Positions 1-9,315 are shown, numbered from the stretch's first letter. The stretch is 64,000 nucleotides of DNA from Bacteroidales bacterium (GCA_017549765.1 JAFYNM010000004.1:1161-65160); one strand, 5' to 3'. The notes: generated from the sequence alone by a model not told the origin. Numbers and translations: made by a program.

Positions 1-513
1 GAAAACCTTGAACAAGAAATAACAAGCTATTTTGATGATCTTTTTATATTGCATAATTTTGCAATGCCTTCCACGGACTCAATTTCAAGTTCTGAAAGAT
101 ACTTCTATGATTTGATCAACAATTATTTTAAGCAATATGCCTATCAATACGATAGTCTATGCACCTGCATGGCGAATGTGGACACTTTGATTGTACAATC
201 AAGTCTTGATTTCGAGGCAAAGGTACGAGTCACTGTTTATGCTTACACTTTTCTTGGGATTTCGAATGCTTTTTGCACAATATATTCTACAGAATTGAAA
301 CGGCAATTTCCAAGAGATCATTATAATAATGGAGAAGGAGACACTCACTTACAACGTCAATTGAGTTGTTGTATGGAGTATCAACTTGATGGGCATTTCG
401 AAACGACATTAGGGTCAATAGCTTATGTCGCAGGGTTGCCGGGTTCAGCATTGTTGGATTTGGCTATATGTGGGGAGGAAATATTAAGAGGTTTTTGGGA
501 TCATGTAAATTAG
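1..513 (+). CDS. hypothetical protein, C-terminal part (ORF open at left window edge)
   Basis: Frame 1 is open from nt 1 to the TAG at 511-513 (the track lists only 49..513). Sampled 60-nt lines are about 38% GC, against about 57% in secA. No family recognised. Confidence 0.35.
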   Translation, partial: ENLEQEITSYFDDLFILHNFAMPSTDSISSSERYFYDLINNYFKQYAYQYDSLCTCMANVDTLIVQSSLDFEAKVRVTVYAYTFLGISNAFCTIYSTELKRQFPRDHYNNGEGDTHLQRQLSCCMEYQLDGHFETTLGSIAYVAGLPGSALLDLAICGEEILRGFWDHVN

Positions 514-519
514 AGCAAT

Positions 520-729
520 ATGAATGGTATATTATTGAGTATATTGTGTATGTTTTTGAGTGTCTGGCTGTTGTTGTGGCTGTCAGCCTTGGTGCTGTGT
601 GTGCGGAAAATGAAACAGGATGGACTTTCACCCAACATTATGGTTCAACACCTCTTCTATATTTTCATAACGGCTGGTATCGCATTCCCCTTTGTATTAA
701 CATATAAAAACAAACATAAGAATGAATAG
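520..729 (+). CDS. small membrane protein (69 aa, two hydrophobic helices)
   Basis: The ATG lies 7 nt after the previous stop. Hydrophobic segments ILLSILCMFLSVWLLLWLSALVL and LFYIFITAGIAFPFVL. Overlaps the next ORF by 8 nt. Confidence 0.3.
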   Translation: MNGILLSILCMFLSVWLLLWLSALVLCVRKMKQDGLSPNIMVQHLFYIFITAGIAFPFVLTYKNKHKNE

Positions 730-922
730 ATATGACATTATCTTCACATGTTATTTTGTGATAGTCTTGTTTTTTTGGATATATATGATAATCCTTAGAC
801 AAAAGAACAAAATAGATACACCTTTACTTGTGGCATGGCTGGTAGCTGGGAGTAATCCGATAGGCATCATTCTCTTTTTTGTTTGCAGAAATAGGTTTCT
901 GCTATCGGAGAGTCAAGAATAA
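722..922 (+). CDS. small membrane protein (66 aa, two hydrophobic helices)
   Basis: Segments IIFTCYFVIVLFFWIYMIIL and LLVAWLVAGSNPIGIILFFVCRNR, resembling short PLDc_N-type membrane peptides. Overlaps the preceding ORF. Confidence 0.35.
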   Translation: MNRYDIIFTCYFVIVLFFWIYMIILRQKNKIDTPLLVAWLVAGSNPIGIILFFVCRNRFLLSESQE

Positions 923-1200
923 CATTTGCCATCATGGGGTGTTGCTAACGGGTTTCACATTCAAGCTTGATGTTAGCTTTTAAATGTTATTTGCTGACAT
1001 AAAATTATTAAGAAGCCGAAGAGTTGGACAATCGAGTATTGGAAAGATAATGTTTGAATCTGTGAAGCCCGTTTTCTCCAAAATCCTCCCATATTTCACT
1101 ATCCCACCCTCCTTTCCAACATGACAAAGAGTGTAAAAAATCTTAAAACATTTGGAAATCACAAAAGAAATACAAAATTGCAACCCGATTCTTTTTGAGT

Positions 1201-1436
1201 TAAGAAGCTAAGAAACTAAGAGGGGTAAAGGGTTGAAAGTTTACAGTTTACCGTTTACCGATGAGGCGATTAGACGATTATGCGAGTAGAGTAGAGGAGC
1301 AAAGAGGAGAAGGGAGGAGCGGAGATTAGATTAGGCAAAATAGCTAATGGCCAATAGCTAACAGCTAATGGCCAATGGCTAAAGACATAACTTCTAACTC
1401 CTAACTGACAACTGATCACTGACAACTGTTCACTAA
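1201..1436. repeat. mosaic of short-period tandem repeats, including two period-7 arrays (1341-1382 TAGCTAA/TGGCCAA type; 1388-1436 YAACTGA type)
   Basis: Read directly: taagaagc/taagaaac/taagaggg (1201-1224); gtttaca/gtttacc/gtttacc (1239-1259); a purine-rich gagtaga/gtagagga stretch (1284-1335); tagctaa tggccaa tagctaa cagctaa tggccaa tggctaa (1341-1382); taacttc taactcc taactga caactga tcactga caactgt tcactaa (1388-1436). Confidence 0.9.
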
Positions 1437-1443
1437 AAAATTG

Positions 1444-1451
1444 TATCTTTG
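1444..1451 (+). promoter_or_regulatory. Bacteroidota -7 box TATCTTTG (secA)
   Basis: Matches TAnnTTTG. Ends 24 nt upstream of the secA ATG. Confidence 0.5.
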
Positions 1452-1474
1452 CCCCCTTAATTTTTATTGAAAAT

Positions 1475-4400
1475 ATGGCAAACTTTTTAACGAAGATTTT
1501 TGGCACAAAGGCTGACCGGGATATGAAGGAGTTGAAGCCTTTGTTGAATAAGACCTTGGAGGTCTATGAAACCATAAAAGACTTATCTACAGACGATTTA
1601 CGTCATAAGACGGTGGAGTTCAGAGAGAAGATCCAGGCGGCCACCGCCACGGAGGAACAACGTGTGCAGGAGATCAAGGACTATCTGGATGCCAACTACG
1701 ACCTGCCCATCGAGGAGAAGCAAGATCTCTACAAAGAGAGTGAAAAGCTGGAGGAGAAGATCTATGAGACCACGCAACATATCCTCCGCGAGATTCTTCC
1801 CGAGGCTTTCTCGGTGATGAAGGAGACAGCCCGCCGTTTCAAAGACAACGAATTTATCGAGGTGAAAGCCACCCAGCTGGATCGCGATCTCGCCGCCACC
1901 CACGACGGTATCGAGATCGATGGCGACATTGCCCGTTACCGCAACTCTTGGTCTGCCGGCGGCAATATGATCACCTGGGACATGTGCCATTACGATGTGC
2001 AGCTCATCGGTGGTATCGTCCTCCACGACGGCAAGATCGCAGAGATGGCTACTGGTGAGGGCAAAACCCTCGTGGCTACGCTGCCCGTCTATCTGAATGC
2101 CCTGCCAGGCAAGGGCGTGCATGTGGTGACCGTCAACGACTACCTCGCCAAACGTGACTCCGAGTGGATGGGCCGCCTCTATGAGTTCCTCGGCCTTACC
2201 GTCGATTGCATTGACAAGCACGAGCCCAACTCCGACGACCGTCGCCGTGCCTATAACGCCGACATCACCTACGGTACCAACAACGAGTTCGGTTTCGACT
2301 ACCTGCGTGACAATATGGCCCGCAATATCGGAGAGCTGGTGCAGCGCCCCCACAACTACGCCATCGTCGATGAGGTGGACTCCGTCTTGATTGACGATGC
2401 CCGTACCCCGTTGATCATCTCCGGTCCCACGCCCAAAGGCGACAAGCAGGACTTCGACCAGTACAAACCCATTGTGGAGAAACTCTACAACGCCCAACGC
2501 CTCTATGTGGCTGACATCCTCACCAAGGCAAAACAGTTGCTGAAGGAGAACCCCGATCCCAAGCCGCAAGACGAGAGTGCCATGTTGCTGCTCCGTGCCC
2601 ATCGCGGTCTGCCCAAGAACAAGGCCCTCATCAAATTCCTCAGCGAACCCGGCATGAAACAGGTGCTCCAACGTACGGAGTCTTTCTTCATGCAGGAGCA
2701 GAACCGCAATATGCACTTCATCGATGATGAACTCTATTTCGTCATCGAGGAGAAGCAGAACACGGTGGATATCATGGAGAAAGGTATCGATGTCATCAGC
2801 AAGGACGCCGAGCAGGCCAAGATGTTCATCATGCCCGATGTGGGTGCTGAGATTGCCGAACTGGAGAAACAGAATCTTTCACCCGAAGAGAAGGCTACCC
2901 GTAAAGAGGAGATATACAGCAACTTTGCTGCCGCCTCCGACCGCATCCACACCGTCCACCAGCTGCTGAAAGCCTACACCATGTTCGCCAAGGATGTGGA
3001 GTATGTCATCATCGACAACAAGGTGAAGATTGTGGACGAGCAGACGGGCCGTATCATGGAGGGCCGCCGCTATTCCGACGGTCTGCACCAGGCTATCGAA
3101 GCCAAGGAGAATGTCAAGGTGGAGGCCGCCACCCAGACCTACGCTACCATCACCCTCCAGAACTACTTCCGTATGTACAAGAAGCTGGCAGGTATGACCG
3201 GTACCGCCGAGACGGAAGCCGGTGAGTTCTGGAATATCTATAAACTCGACGTGGTCGTCATCCCGACCAACAGACCTGTCATCCGTCACGACTATGACGA
3301 TTTGGTGTATAAGACCAAACGTGAGAAATACAACGCCGTGGTGAATGAGATCGTGCGCCTGCATGAGGAGGGTCGCCCCGTATTGGTGGGTACCACTTCC
3401 GTGGAGACCTCCGAACTCTTGTCCAAGATCCTCAACATGCGCCGCATCCAGCACAATGTGTTGAACGCCAAATTGCATAAGAAAGAGGCCGACATTGTGG
3501 CAGAAGCCGGTCAGGAGGGCACCGTGACCATCGCCACCAATATGGCTGGTCGTGGTACCGATATCAAGCTGACACCCAAGGTGAAAGAGCTGGGCGGTCT
3601 GGCCATCATCGGCACCGAGCGTCATGACTCCCGTCGTGTGGACCGCCAGCTGCGCGGTCGTTCCGGCCGTCAGGGAGACCCGGGCTCTTCCCAGTTCTTC
3701 GTCTCCCTCGAAGATGACCTCATGCGCCTCTTCGGCTCCGACCGTATCGCCAAAGTGATGGACCAGATGGGCCACCAGGATGGCGACGTCATCCAACACA
3801 GCATGATTTCCAAATCCATCGAGCGCGCCCAGAAGAAGGTCGAGGAGAACAACTTCGGCATTCGTAAACGTTTGCTGGAATACGATGATGTGATGAACAA
3901 ACAACGTACGACTATCTACCGCAAACGTCGCAACGCCCTCTTCGGCGACCGTCTTGCCATCGATATCGCACAGATGTTCGAGGATGTTTGTACCTCCATG
4001 GTGCCCGATTACTGGGACGCCAAGGACTATGAAGGCTTCAATACGGCCATGATTACCACCTTCGGCATCGAATCCCCGTTTGATGAGGATACCTTCCTGC
4101 AAGAAAGACCTAACAAGTTGATAGAACAGCTCCAACCACTTGTTTATGACCACTATAAAGAGAAGATTGCCAAGGTCTGTGAACAGGCCTTTCCCGTCAT
4201 CGACCGCGTCTTCTTGGAGCATGGCGAGCAGTTCCAAAACATCGCCATTCCCTTCACTGATGGTGTCAAGACTATCAATATTGTGGCGCCGCTGAAGAAA
4301 TGCCACGAGACCAACGGCCGCGAGGTGGGTCTCTCCTTCGAAAAGGGCATCACCCTGGCCGTCATCGACAACGCCTGGAAAGAGCATCTACGCGCCATGG

Positions 4401-4777
4401 ACGACTTGAAGGAGAGTGTGCAGAACGCCTCCTACGAGCAGAAAGACCCGCTCTTGATCTATAAGCTGGAGTCCTTCAACCTCTTCGATGAGCTGTTGAT
4501 CCGCATCAGCCAAGAGATCGTCTCCTTCCTCAACAAGGGCAAGCTGCCCGTGGCGGAGAACACCCAGGTGCGCGAGGCCCAGCTGCCGCAGTCTGAAGCC
4601 AAGAGACTACAGACTGGACGTAGCGACATCCCCGGTGCAGGCCGCCAGGTGGCCCAAGGTGGCAAGGGCAGCCAGCCTATCCGCGTGGAGAAGAAAGTGG
4701 GCCGCAACGACCCGTGTCCGTGCGGTAGTGGCCTCAAATACAAGAAATGCCACGGCCGTAACGAGTTCGCAGAGTAA
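1475..4777 (+). CDS. secA: preprotein translocase ATPase SecA
   Basis: 1100 aa. Walker [34 protein letters not shown], and C-terminal Zn-finger tail [14 protein letters not shown]. Confidence 0.98.
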   Translation: MANFLTKIFGTKADRDMKELKPLLNKTLEVYETIKDLSTDDLRHKTVEFREKIQAATATEEQRVQEIKDYLDANYDLPIEEKQDLYKESEKLEEKIYETTQHILREILPEAFSVMKETARRFKDNEFIEVKATQLDRDLAATHDGIEIDGDIARYRNSWSAGGNMITWDMCHYDVQLIGGIVLHDGKIAEMATGEGKTLVATLPVYLNALPGKGVHVVTVNDYLAKRDSEWMGRLYEFLGLTVDCIDKHEPNSDDRRRAYNADITYGTNNEFGFDYLRDNMARNIGELVQRPHNYAIVDEVDSVLIDDARTPLIISGPTPKGDKQDFDQYKPIVEKLYNAQRLYVADILTKAKQLLKENPDPKPQDESAMLLLRAHRGLPKNKALIKFLSEPGMKQVLQRTESFFMQEQNRNMHFIDDELYFVIEEKQNTVDIMEKGIDVISKDAEQAKMFIMPDVGAEIAELEKQNLSPEEKATRKEEIYSNFAAASDRIHTVHQLLKAYTMFAKDVEYVIIDNKVKIVDEQTGRIMEGRRYSDGLHQAIEAKENVKVEAATQTYATITLQNYFRMYKKLAGMTGTAETEAGEFWNIYKLDVVVIPTNRPVIRHDYDDLVYKTKREKYNAVVNEIVRLHEEGRPVLVGTTSVETSELLSKILNMRRIQHNVLNAKLHKKEADIVAEAGQEGTVTIATNMAGRGTDIKLTPKVKELGGLAIIGTERHDSRRVDRQLRGRSGRQGDPGSSQFFVSLEDDLMRLFGSDRIAKVMDQMGHQDGDVIQHSMISKSIERAQKKVEENNFGIRKRLLEYDDVMNKQRTTIYRKRRNALFGDRLAIDIAQMFEDVCTSMVPDYWDAKDYEGFNTAMITTFGIESPFDEDTFLQERPNKLIEQLQPLVYDHYKEKIAKVCEQAFPVIDRVFLEHGEQFQNIAIPFTDGVKTINIVAPLKKCHETNGREVGLSFEKGITLAVIDNAWKEHLRAMDDLKESVQNASYEQKDPLLIYKLESFNLFDELLIRISQEIVSFLNKGKLPVAENTQVREAQLPQSEAKRLQTGRSDIPGAGRQVAQGGKGSQPIRVEKKVGRNDPCPCGSGLKYKKCHGRNEFAE

Positions 4778-5898
4778 TGAAACGCGCCATCCTGTCGGTG
4801 ACTAACGACCTCTACACGGACCCCCGTGTGGATAAGGTGGCACGCTTCCTGCAACGTAACGATTACCAGGTGACCCTCGTGGGTCGCCGTTATGGCGACT
4901 CGCCTGCACTGGAAGAACGTCCCTACCAGACCCACCGCCTGCGCCTCCTCTTCCGCAGAGGACCGCTCTTCTATGCCGAATATCAACTGCGCCTGTTCCT
5001 ATATCTGCTCTTTCATCGTTGCGATGTCTATGTGGCCAACGACCTGGACACCCTGCTTCCGAACTTTCTGATCAGCAAGATGCGAAAGAAAAGGCTGGTC
5101 TATGATAGTCATGAGTATTTCTGCGGCGAGCTCTCCGTGGTGAACAACCCCGTCTCCCGGTGGGTGTGGAGCCATATCGAGAAGTTTTGCTTTCCCAAGC
5201 TACAGACCGTCATCACGGTGAGCCAGTCCATTGTGGACCAATACGAGCAAGAGTACGGCATCCGGCCTTATTTGGTGCGCAACATCCCGCCGCAGCACGA
5301 CTATGCCGTTACGGAGACGCGGGCCTCGTTGGGGATGCCGGAAGACAGATTTGTCCTGATTTTGCAAGGCAATGCCATCAACGAGGGCAGAGGAGGTGAA
5401 GAGACGATAGAGGCGATGGCCTTGCTGCCTGACGTGCATCTCTTTGTGGTGGGCAACGGCAGCTCCTTGCCCGCGATGAAAAAGAGGGTGGAAGAGTTGA
5501 AAATGGTTGATAGAGTGACCTTTGTGGGTCGCCAGAATCAGCAGATGCTCTACAACTATACATTCTTGGCGGATGCCGGCATCGCCCTCGACCGCGATCT
5601 GAGTGCGAATTTACGGTTCAGTCTGCCCAACAAGATCTTCGAATACATCAAGGCTGGGACGCCACTGGTGGTCTCCAATCTGGTGGAGCGTCGTCATATT
5701 GTGGAGCAATATCAGGTGGGAGTCATTGCAGAAGACTGGTTTCCGGAGGCCATCGCCGCCGCCGTGCGCCAGCTCAAAGATCATCCTGATTATTACCGGC
5801 AATGCCAAGAGCACTGCGCCACCGCTGCCCAGGAGCTGACCTGGGAAAACGAAGAAAAGGTGCTGGCAGAGATCTACGTCTCTTTGCCAACACCATAA
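4777..5898 (+). CDS. glycosyltransferase (GT4-like, GT-B fold)
   Basis: 373 aa. The ATG overlaps the secA stop (TAATGA). C-terminal sugar-donor region NKIFEYIKAGTPLVVSN is typical of GT4/GT1-family enzymes. Confidence 0.8.
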   Translation: MKRAILSVTNDLYTDPRVDKVARFLQRNDYQVTLVGRRYGDSPALEERPYQTHRLRLLFRRGPLFYAEYQLRLFLYLLFHRCDVYVANDLDTLLPNFLISKMRKKRLVYDSHEYFCGELSVVNNPVSRWVWSHIEKFCFPKLQTVITVSQSIVDQYEQEYGIRPYLVRNIPPQHDYAVTETRASLGMPEDRFVLILQGNAINEGRGGEETIEAMALLPDVHLFVVGNGSSLPAMKKRVEELKMVDRVTFVGRQNQQMLYNYTFLADAGIALDRDLSANLRFSLPNKIFEYIKAGTPLVVSNLVERRHIVEQYQVGVIAEDWFPEAIAAAVRQLKDHPDYYRQCQEHCATAAQELTWENEEKVLAEIYVSLPTP

Positions 5899-5951
5899 CT
5901 CCAAACTTCTAACTTCTAACTGACAACTGATCACTGACAACTGACAACTCC
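5896..5951. repeat. period-7 tandem array (8 units, YAACTSA type) filling the convergent gap
   Basis: taactcc aaacttc taacttc taactga caactga tcactga caactga caactcc. Begins on the GT4 stop codon and ends 3 nt before the GH92 stop. Confidence 0.9.
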
Positions 5952-5954
5952 TCC

Positions 5955-8375
5955 TCACTCCAACGAGTACGGCTTCTCCGTGAACCATTTCCTATTCGGC
6001 TTGCTCCCCATCGTGAAGACCAGCTCGCCGCCGGCCATGATTTGCTCGTAGGTGATGTAACCGCAGTGGAGCGGTTTGCCGTTGAGGGTGATGGATTGGA
6101 TGTAACAGTTTTTGTCGCTGACGTTGGGGGCTTTGATGGTTAGGGTGTTGCCGTTTTGCAAGTGAAGGACGTTTTCGGGAAGATAGGGTGCGCCGAAGAC
6201 GTACTGACCGCTGGCGGGACAGACGGGATAGAAGCCCATTGCACTGAAGATGTACCACGCCGACATCTGCCCGCAATCATCGTTGCCGCACAGCCCGTCG
6301 ATATTGTTCTTGTACATTTTGTTCATCACCTCGCGCACGCGCTGCTGCGTCTTCCACGGCTGGGAGGTCCACATGTAGAGGTACGGAATGTGGTGGCTGG
6401 GCTCGTTGCCGTGCACGTAGCCGCCCACCATGCCCTCGCGGGTAACATCCTCGGTTTCAGCGAAGAACTCGTCCGGGACGTACATTTCGAAGAGCTGGTC
6501 GAGGCGTTGCACGAAGACCTTGTCGCCGCCCATGATTTTAATGAGCCCGTTGACATCGTGCGGCACGTAGAACGAGTAGTTCCAGCTGTTGCCCTCGATG
6601 AAGCCCTCGTTGGAGGTGGAGAGCAGGTCGGCGGGCGTCTTCCACGAGCCGTCCTCGTAACGCGCCTGCGCGAAGCCCGTCTCCGGGTTGAAGACGTTCT
6701 TGAAGTTCAGTGCGCGCTGGCGGTAGTATGCCTTTATTTCCTCAAATCCAGATGCAACCTTACTTTGGTCAATAAAATTATAAATCACCCAGTCTTCGTA
6801 AGCATTTTCCAAGGTAATGGATGTGCCGACAGAAGATTTGTTGTAGGGCACATAGCCCAATTTTTTGTATAGGTCAGTATGGTCATAATAGTCTAAGTTT
6901 GCGCTATTCATAATGTAAGGCAGTACATTAATCCTTTTCACATTTTCCCCGTAAAAATTTGGATGATGGCAGAGATAGTTGTCTGCCACCACCGACACAC
7001 TGTGATAGCCGATCATACACCAGTTTTCGTTACCCGCATGACTCCAAATGGGCAAGATTTGATGCACGCTCTGCTCGGCGTGGTCGATCATAGAGGAGAC
7101 CATATCGCAGGCAGCCTTTGGCTCAATAATATTCAGCAACGGATGTTCGGCACGGTAAGTGTCCCACAACGAGAAAATCGTGTAGTTGACATATCCTTTG
7201 TTGTTTTGGTGGATATTGTGGTCCACCCCACGATATTGTCCGTCAACATCTTGGTAAATAGAAGGATTGATCATCGTGTGGTAGAGCGATGTGTAGAACA
7301 TGGCGAGTTGGTCGGGTGTGCCCTTGGCCTGGTAGATGCCCAATTTGTCATTCCAGGCTTGCTTTGTCAGTTGATATATATTGTCAAAAGAGAGAGGGAC
7401 CTTCTTCGTAGTGGTAAATTCGGATGGGTTAAGTTGACCTCCGTCTAATCCCAGCACCTGAACGACGCGTTCTTTAGTGGTTTCGGCCAGCAAGTTGAGT
7501 TCTGCTCCTTCTGTGCTGACGGCGGAGAGTGCCACCTGCACTTCTAACACAGGGTCATTGTCATCTTCGAACTCTAACCAAGCCACCACTTTGCGTCCCG
7601 CCATCTCAGGAAAATTGTGGTTAAGGTCGAAACGTTTCCAAAAACCGTTGTAGTCCTGTTTCCCGAAATCCTGATAACCGTAATTCTTCACCTCTTTGCT
7701 GAACTGGATGGTGAAATAGACATAATTCTCTCGTGCCCAACCGTTTGTGATGCGATAACCTGTCAGCGTGTAGGGGTCTTCCATGCGCAGGGAGGCCCAG
7801 AGCACCTTGCCGTCGTAGTTGTAGATGGCGTGGTTGAGATCCACGATGAGCTTCTGCGTTTCGCCCTTGGGGTAGGTGTATTTGTGGATGCCGCAGTGCG
7901 GGGTGGCGGTGAGCTGCACGAGGATGTCGTCGTCGCTGAGGCGCACCTCGTAGTAGCCCGGCGAGCACTTCTCAGTCTCGTGGCTGAAGTGCGAGCGGTA
8001 GCCGGCATCGGGGTTGTCGGCGGTACCGGGATTGAGCTGCACCTCGCCGGTGAAGGGCATCAGCAGGATGTCGCCCATGTCGGAGTGGCCGGTGCCGCTG
8101 AAGTGGGTGTGACTGAACCCCACGATGGTCTTGTCGCGATACTGGTATCCGGCGCAGTAGTCATAGACCCCCGGCTGGTACTTCCCGTTAATGTTGTGGG
8201 GGATGGTGTCGGTGTCGGGACTCACCTGCATGCCGCCGAAGGGATAGCACGCCCCGGGGAACGTGTGCCCCATACCGTTCGTCCCGATGATGGGGTTCAC
8301 GTACTGGGTATAATCTCGTTGCGCGGTAGCGGAAATCATGGCGAGGAGGATTATGGGGAAAAGTAGTTTATTCAT
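5955..8375 (-). CDS. GH92 family alpha-mannosidase, secreted
   Basis: Signal peptide MNKLLFPIILLAMISATAQ. Motifs YVNPIIGTNGMGHTFPGA, FGGMQVSPDT and HGNEPSHHIPYLYMW. The track ORF starts at an upstream TTG (8399); I chose the ATG at 8375. Confidence 0.92.
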   Translation of the reverse strand: MNKLLFPIILLAMISATAQRDYTQYVNPIIGTNGMGHTFPGACYPFGGMQVSPDTDTIPHNINGKYQPGVYDYCAGYQYRDKTIVGFSHTHFSGTGHSDMGDILLMPFTGEVQLNPGTADNPDAGYRSHFSHETEKCSPGYYEVRLSDDDILVQLTATPHCGIHKYTYPKGETQKLIVDLNHAIYNYDGKVLWASLRMEDPYTLTGYRITNGWARENYVYFTIQFSKEVKNYGYQDFGKQDYNGFWKRFDLNHNFPEMAGRKVVAWLEFEDDNDPVLEVQVALSAVSTEGAELNLLAETTKERVVQVLGLDGGQLNPSEFTTTKKVPLSFDNIYQLTKQAWNDKLGIYQAKGTPDQLAMFYTSLYHTMINPSIYQDVDGQYRGVDHNIHQNNKGYVNYTIFSLWDTYRAEHPLLNIIEPKAACDMVSSMIDHAEQSVHQILPIWSHAGNENWCMIGYHSVSVVADNYLCHHPNFYGENVKRINVLPYIMNSANLDYYDHTDLYKKLGYVPYNKSSVGTSITLENAYEDWVIYNFIDQSKVASGFEEIKAYYRQRALNFKNVFNPETGFAQARYEDGSWKTPADLLSTSNEGFIEGNSWNYSFYVPHDVNGLIKIMGGDKVFVQRLDQLFEMYVPDEFFAETEDVTREGMVGGYVHGNEPSHHIPYLYMWTSQPWKTQQRVREVMNKMYKNNIDGLCGNDDCGQMSAWYIFSAMGFYPVCPASGQYVFGAPYLPENVLHLQNGNTLTIKAPNVSDKNCYIQSITLNGKPLHCGYITYEQIMAGGELVFTMGSKPNRKWFTEKPYSLE

Positions 8376-8396
8376 TTTTGAAGGATTATGGAACTG

Positions 8397-8404
8397 CAAA
8401 AATA
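8397..8404 (-). promoter_or_regulatory. -7 box TATTTTTG (GH92)
   Basis: Plus strand reads caaaaata. Lies 22 nt upstream of the ATG at 8375. Confidence 0.5.
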
Positions 8405-8459
8405 GGAAATAATTAAAAATAGGGAACCATATAATAGAGGGTTTTCATAAGTCGATATC

Positions 8460-8870
8460 AGATAGCATATCGCAAAGCGACTCCATTTCGCACCGGATTC
8501 GTGCAGAGCTTTGTAGCAAGAGCCTCCTGCGGTGCGAAGAAGACAGGAGGCGCCGTTCCACCCCAGACTGCACTGTTGTTTAGTCTGGGGTTAATAAGAT
8601 AGTGTCTCTCCGAGACACATTCCCTCCCACATGGTTCAGACAATTTCCTTATGCTCAGTATTTTGGAAACAATCGGTACGGAGAAATGTGTGACAGAAGT
8701 AAAAGAGTGCCTATGGGCGACAGTCTCGGAGAGACTGAATCTTATTAACCCCATACAAGCGACCAGAGGGAGCGCAGTGTGGGGATGGAGGCAAGTGGCC
8801 GGAAACCTCGCGGCGTGGGGAACAAGTGCCATAAGATTGTGACTTGCCCGCCGCGAAAGGGAGACACCAA
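8460..8870. other. candidate structured non-coding element (unassigned; strand unknown)
   Basis: There is no credible ORF in the 8400-9066 gap; the three overlapping 63-124 aa ORFs have non-protein-like composition. GC-rich local hairpins at 8523-8550 and 8561-8590. Mutually crossing pairings: ggcaagt 8790-8796 with acttgcc 8842-8848, and cgcggcg 8809-8815 with cgccgcg 8849-8855. Confidence 0.35.
8587..8752. repeat. 166-bp unit bounded by 30-bp imperfect inverted repeats (MITE-like or long hairpin)
   Basis: ggggttaataagatagtgtctctccgagac (8587-8616) pairs with gtctcggagagactgaatcttattaacccc (8723-8752). Each arm also contains its own small palindrome (gtgtctc tcc gagacac; agtctc gga gagact). 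Confidence 0.65.
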
Positions 8871-9037
8871 TAAAAAACGCTGATAATCAATGTAGTATGC
8901 CAACAATGTGCCATCAGGCACATGGGTTCATCATCCAATTGGACTTCCATAGCAAATGTTATTTTGATTTTTTTTGCAATAGATACGGTTTTTGTGAATA
9001 GTTAGCAGTTAAGGGGAAACAAGGAAAGGAAATTTTT

Positions 9038-9045
9038 TATCTTTG
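9038..9045 (+). promoter_or_regulatory. -7 box TATCTTTG
   Basis: Lies 31 nt upstream of the ATG at 9076. Confidence 0.45.
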
Positions 9046-9075
9046 CAACCCCGTACACGTTTATAATTGTCTGTT

Positions 9076-9315
9076 ATGAAAAAATTAATCATCGCAACAA
9101 TATTATTAGCTTGCCACCTGACCATCTTTTGTCAAAGCGATCCACAGGCCCAATTGCTGAAAAAGGCCTACAAGTCGCAATCCACGAAGTTGTTATACAC
9201 TTTTTTTGACAATTGGTCGGAAGAGGTGAAATCCAATGAAGATGAGGCGCAGAGTCCCTACGTGGCGGAGGCGCACAAAGTGTTTGCCGCTTTCTACCAA
9301 CCCATGCAAATATAA
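9076..9315 (+). CDS. hypothetical secreted protein, possibly the N-terminal piece of an interrupted gene
   Basis: Signal peptide MKKLIIATILLACHLTIFCQ. Ends at TAA 9313-9315, in the same frame as the next ORF. Confidence 0.5.
   Translation: MKKLIIATILLACHLTIFCQSDPQAQLLKKAYKSQSTKLLYTFFDNWSEEVKSNEDEAQSPYVAEAHKVFAAFYQPMQI

Noticed and set aside
980-1183. A 67-aa minus-strand ORF between the small membrane ORFs and the repeat mosaic.
   Set aside because: It has no promoter box, signal or recognisable motif and may be a gene fragment. The support is too weak to call it.
1341-1436. The heptamer arrays read as a CRISPR array or as ordinary rho-independent terminators.
   Set aside because: The units are 7 nt with no spacers, so this is not CRISPR. 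No stable GC-rich stem followed by a T-run can be drawn, unlike the clear terminators at 15371, 22778, 42704 and 51245.
8460-8870. Assignment of the structured gap to RNase P RNA, tmRNA, 6S, SRP RNA, a cobalamin, TPP or FMN riboswitch, or a group II intron.
   Set aside because: I found none of the hallmark strings I remember on either strand. Those checked were GGAAAGTCC plus ACAGAA..CGGCTTA, a tRNA-like end with GGTTCGAATCC, the B12 box, CTGAGA, and the domain V consensus. Without a covariance-model search, no class can be assigned.
8458-8950. Three overlapping ORFs (124, 63 and 79 aa) in the gap after GH92.
   Set aside because: They are mutually exclusive and have an odd Pro/Cys/His/Arg-rich composition with no start context. 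The region is better explained as structured non-coding DNA or RNA.
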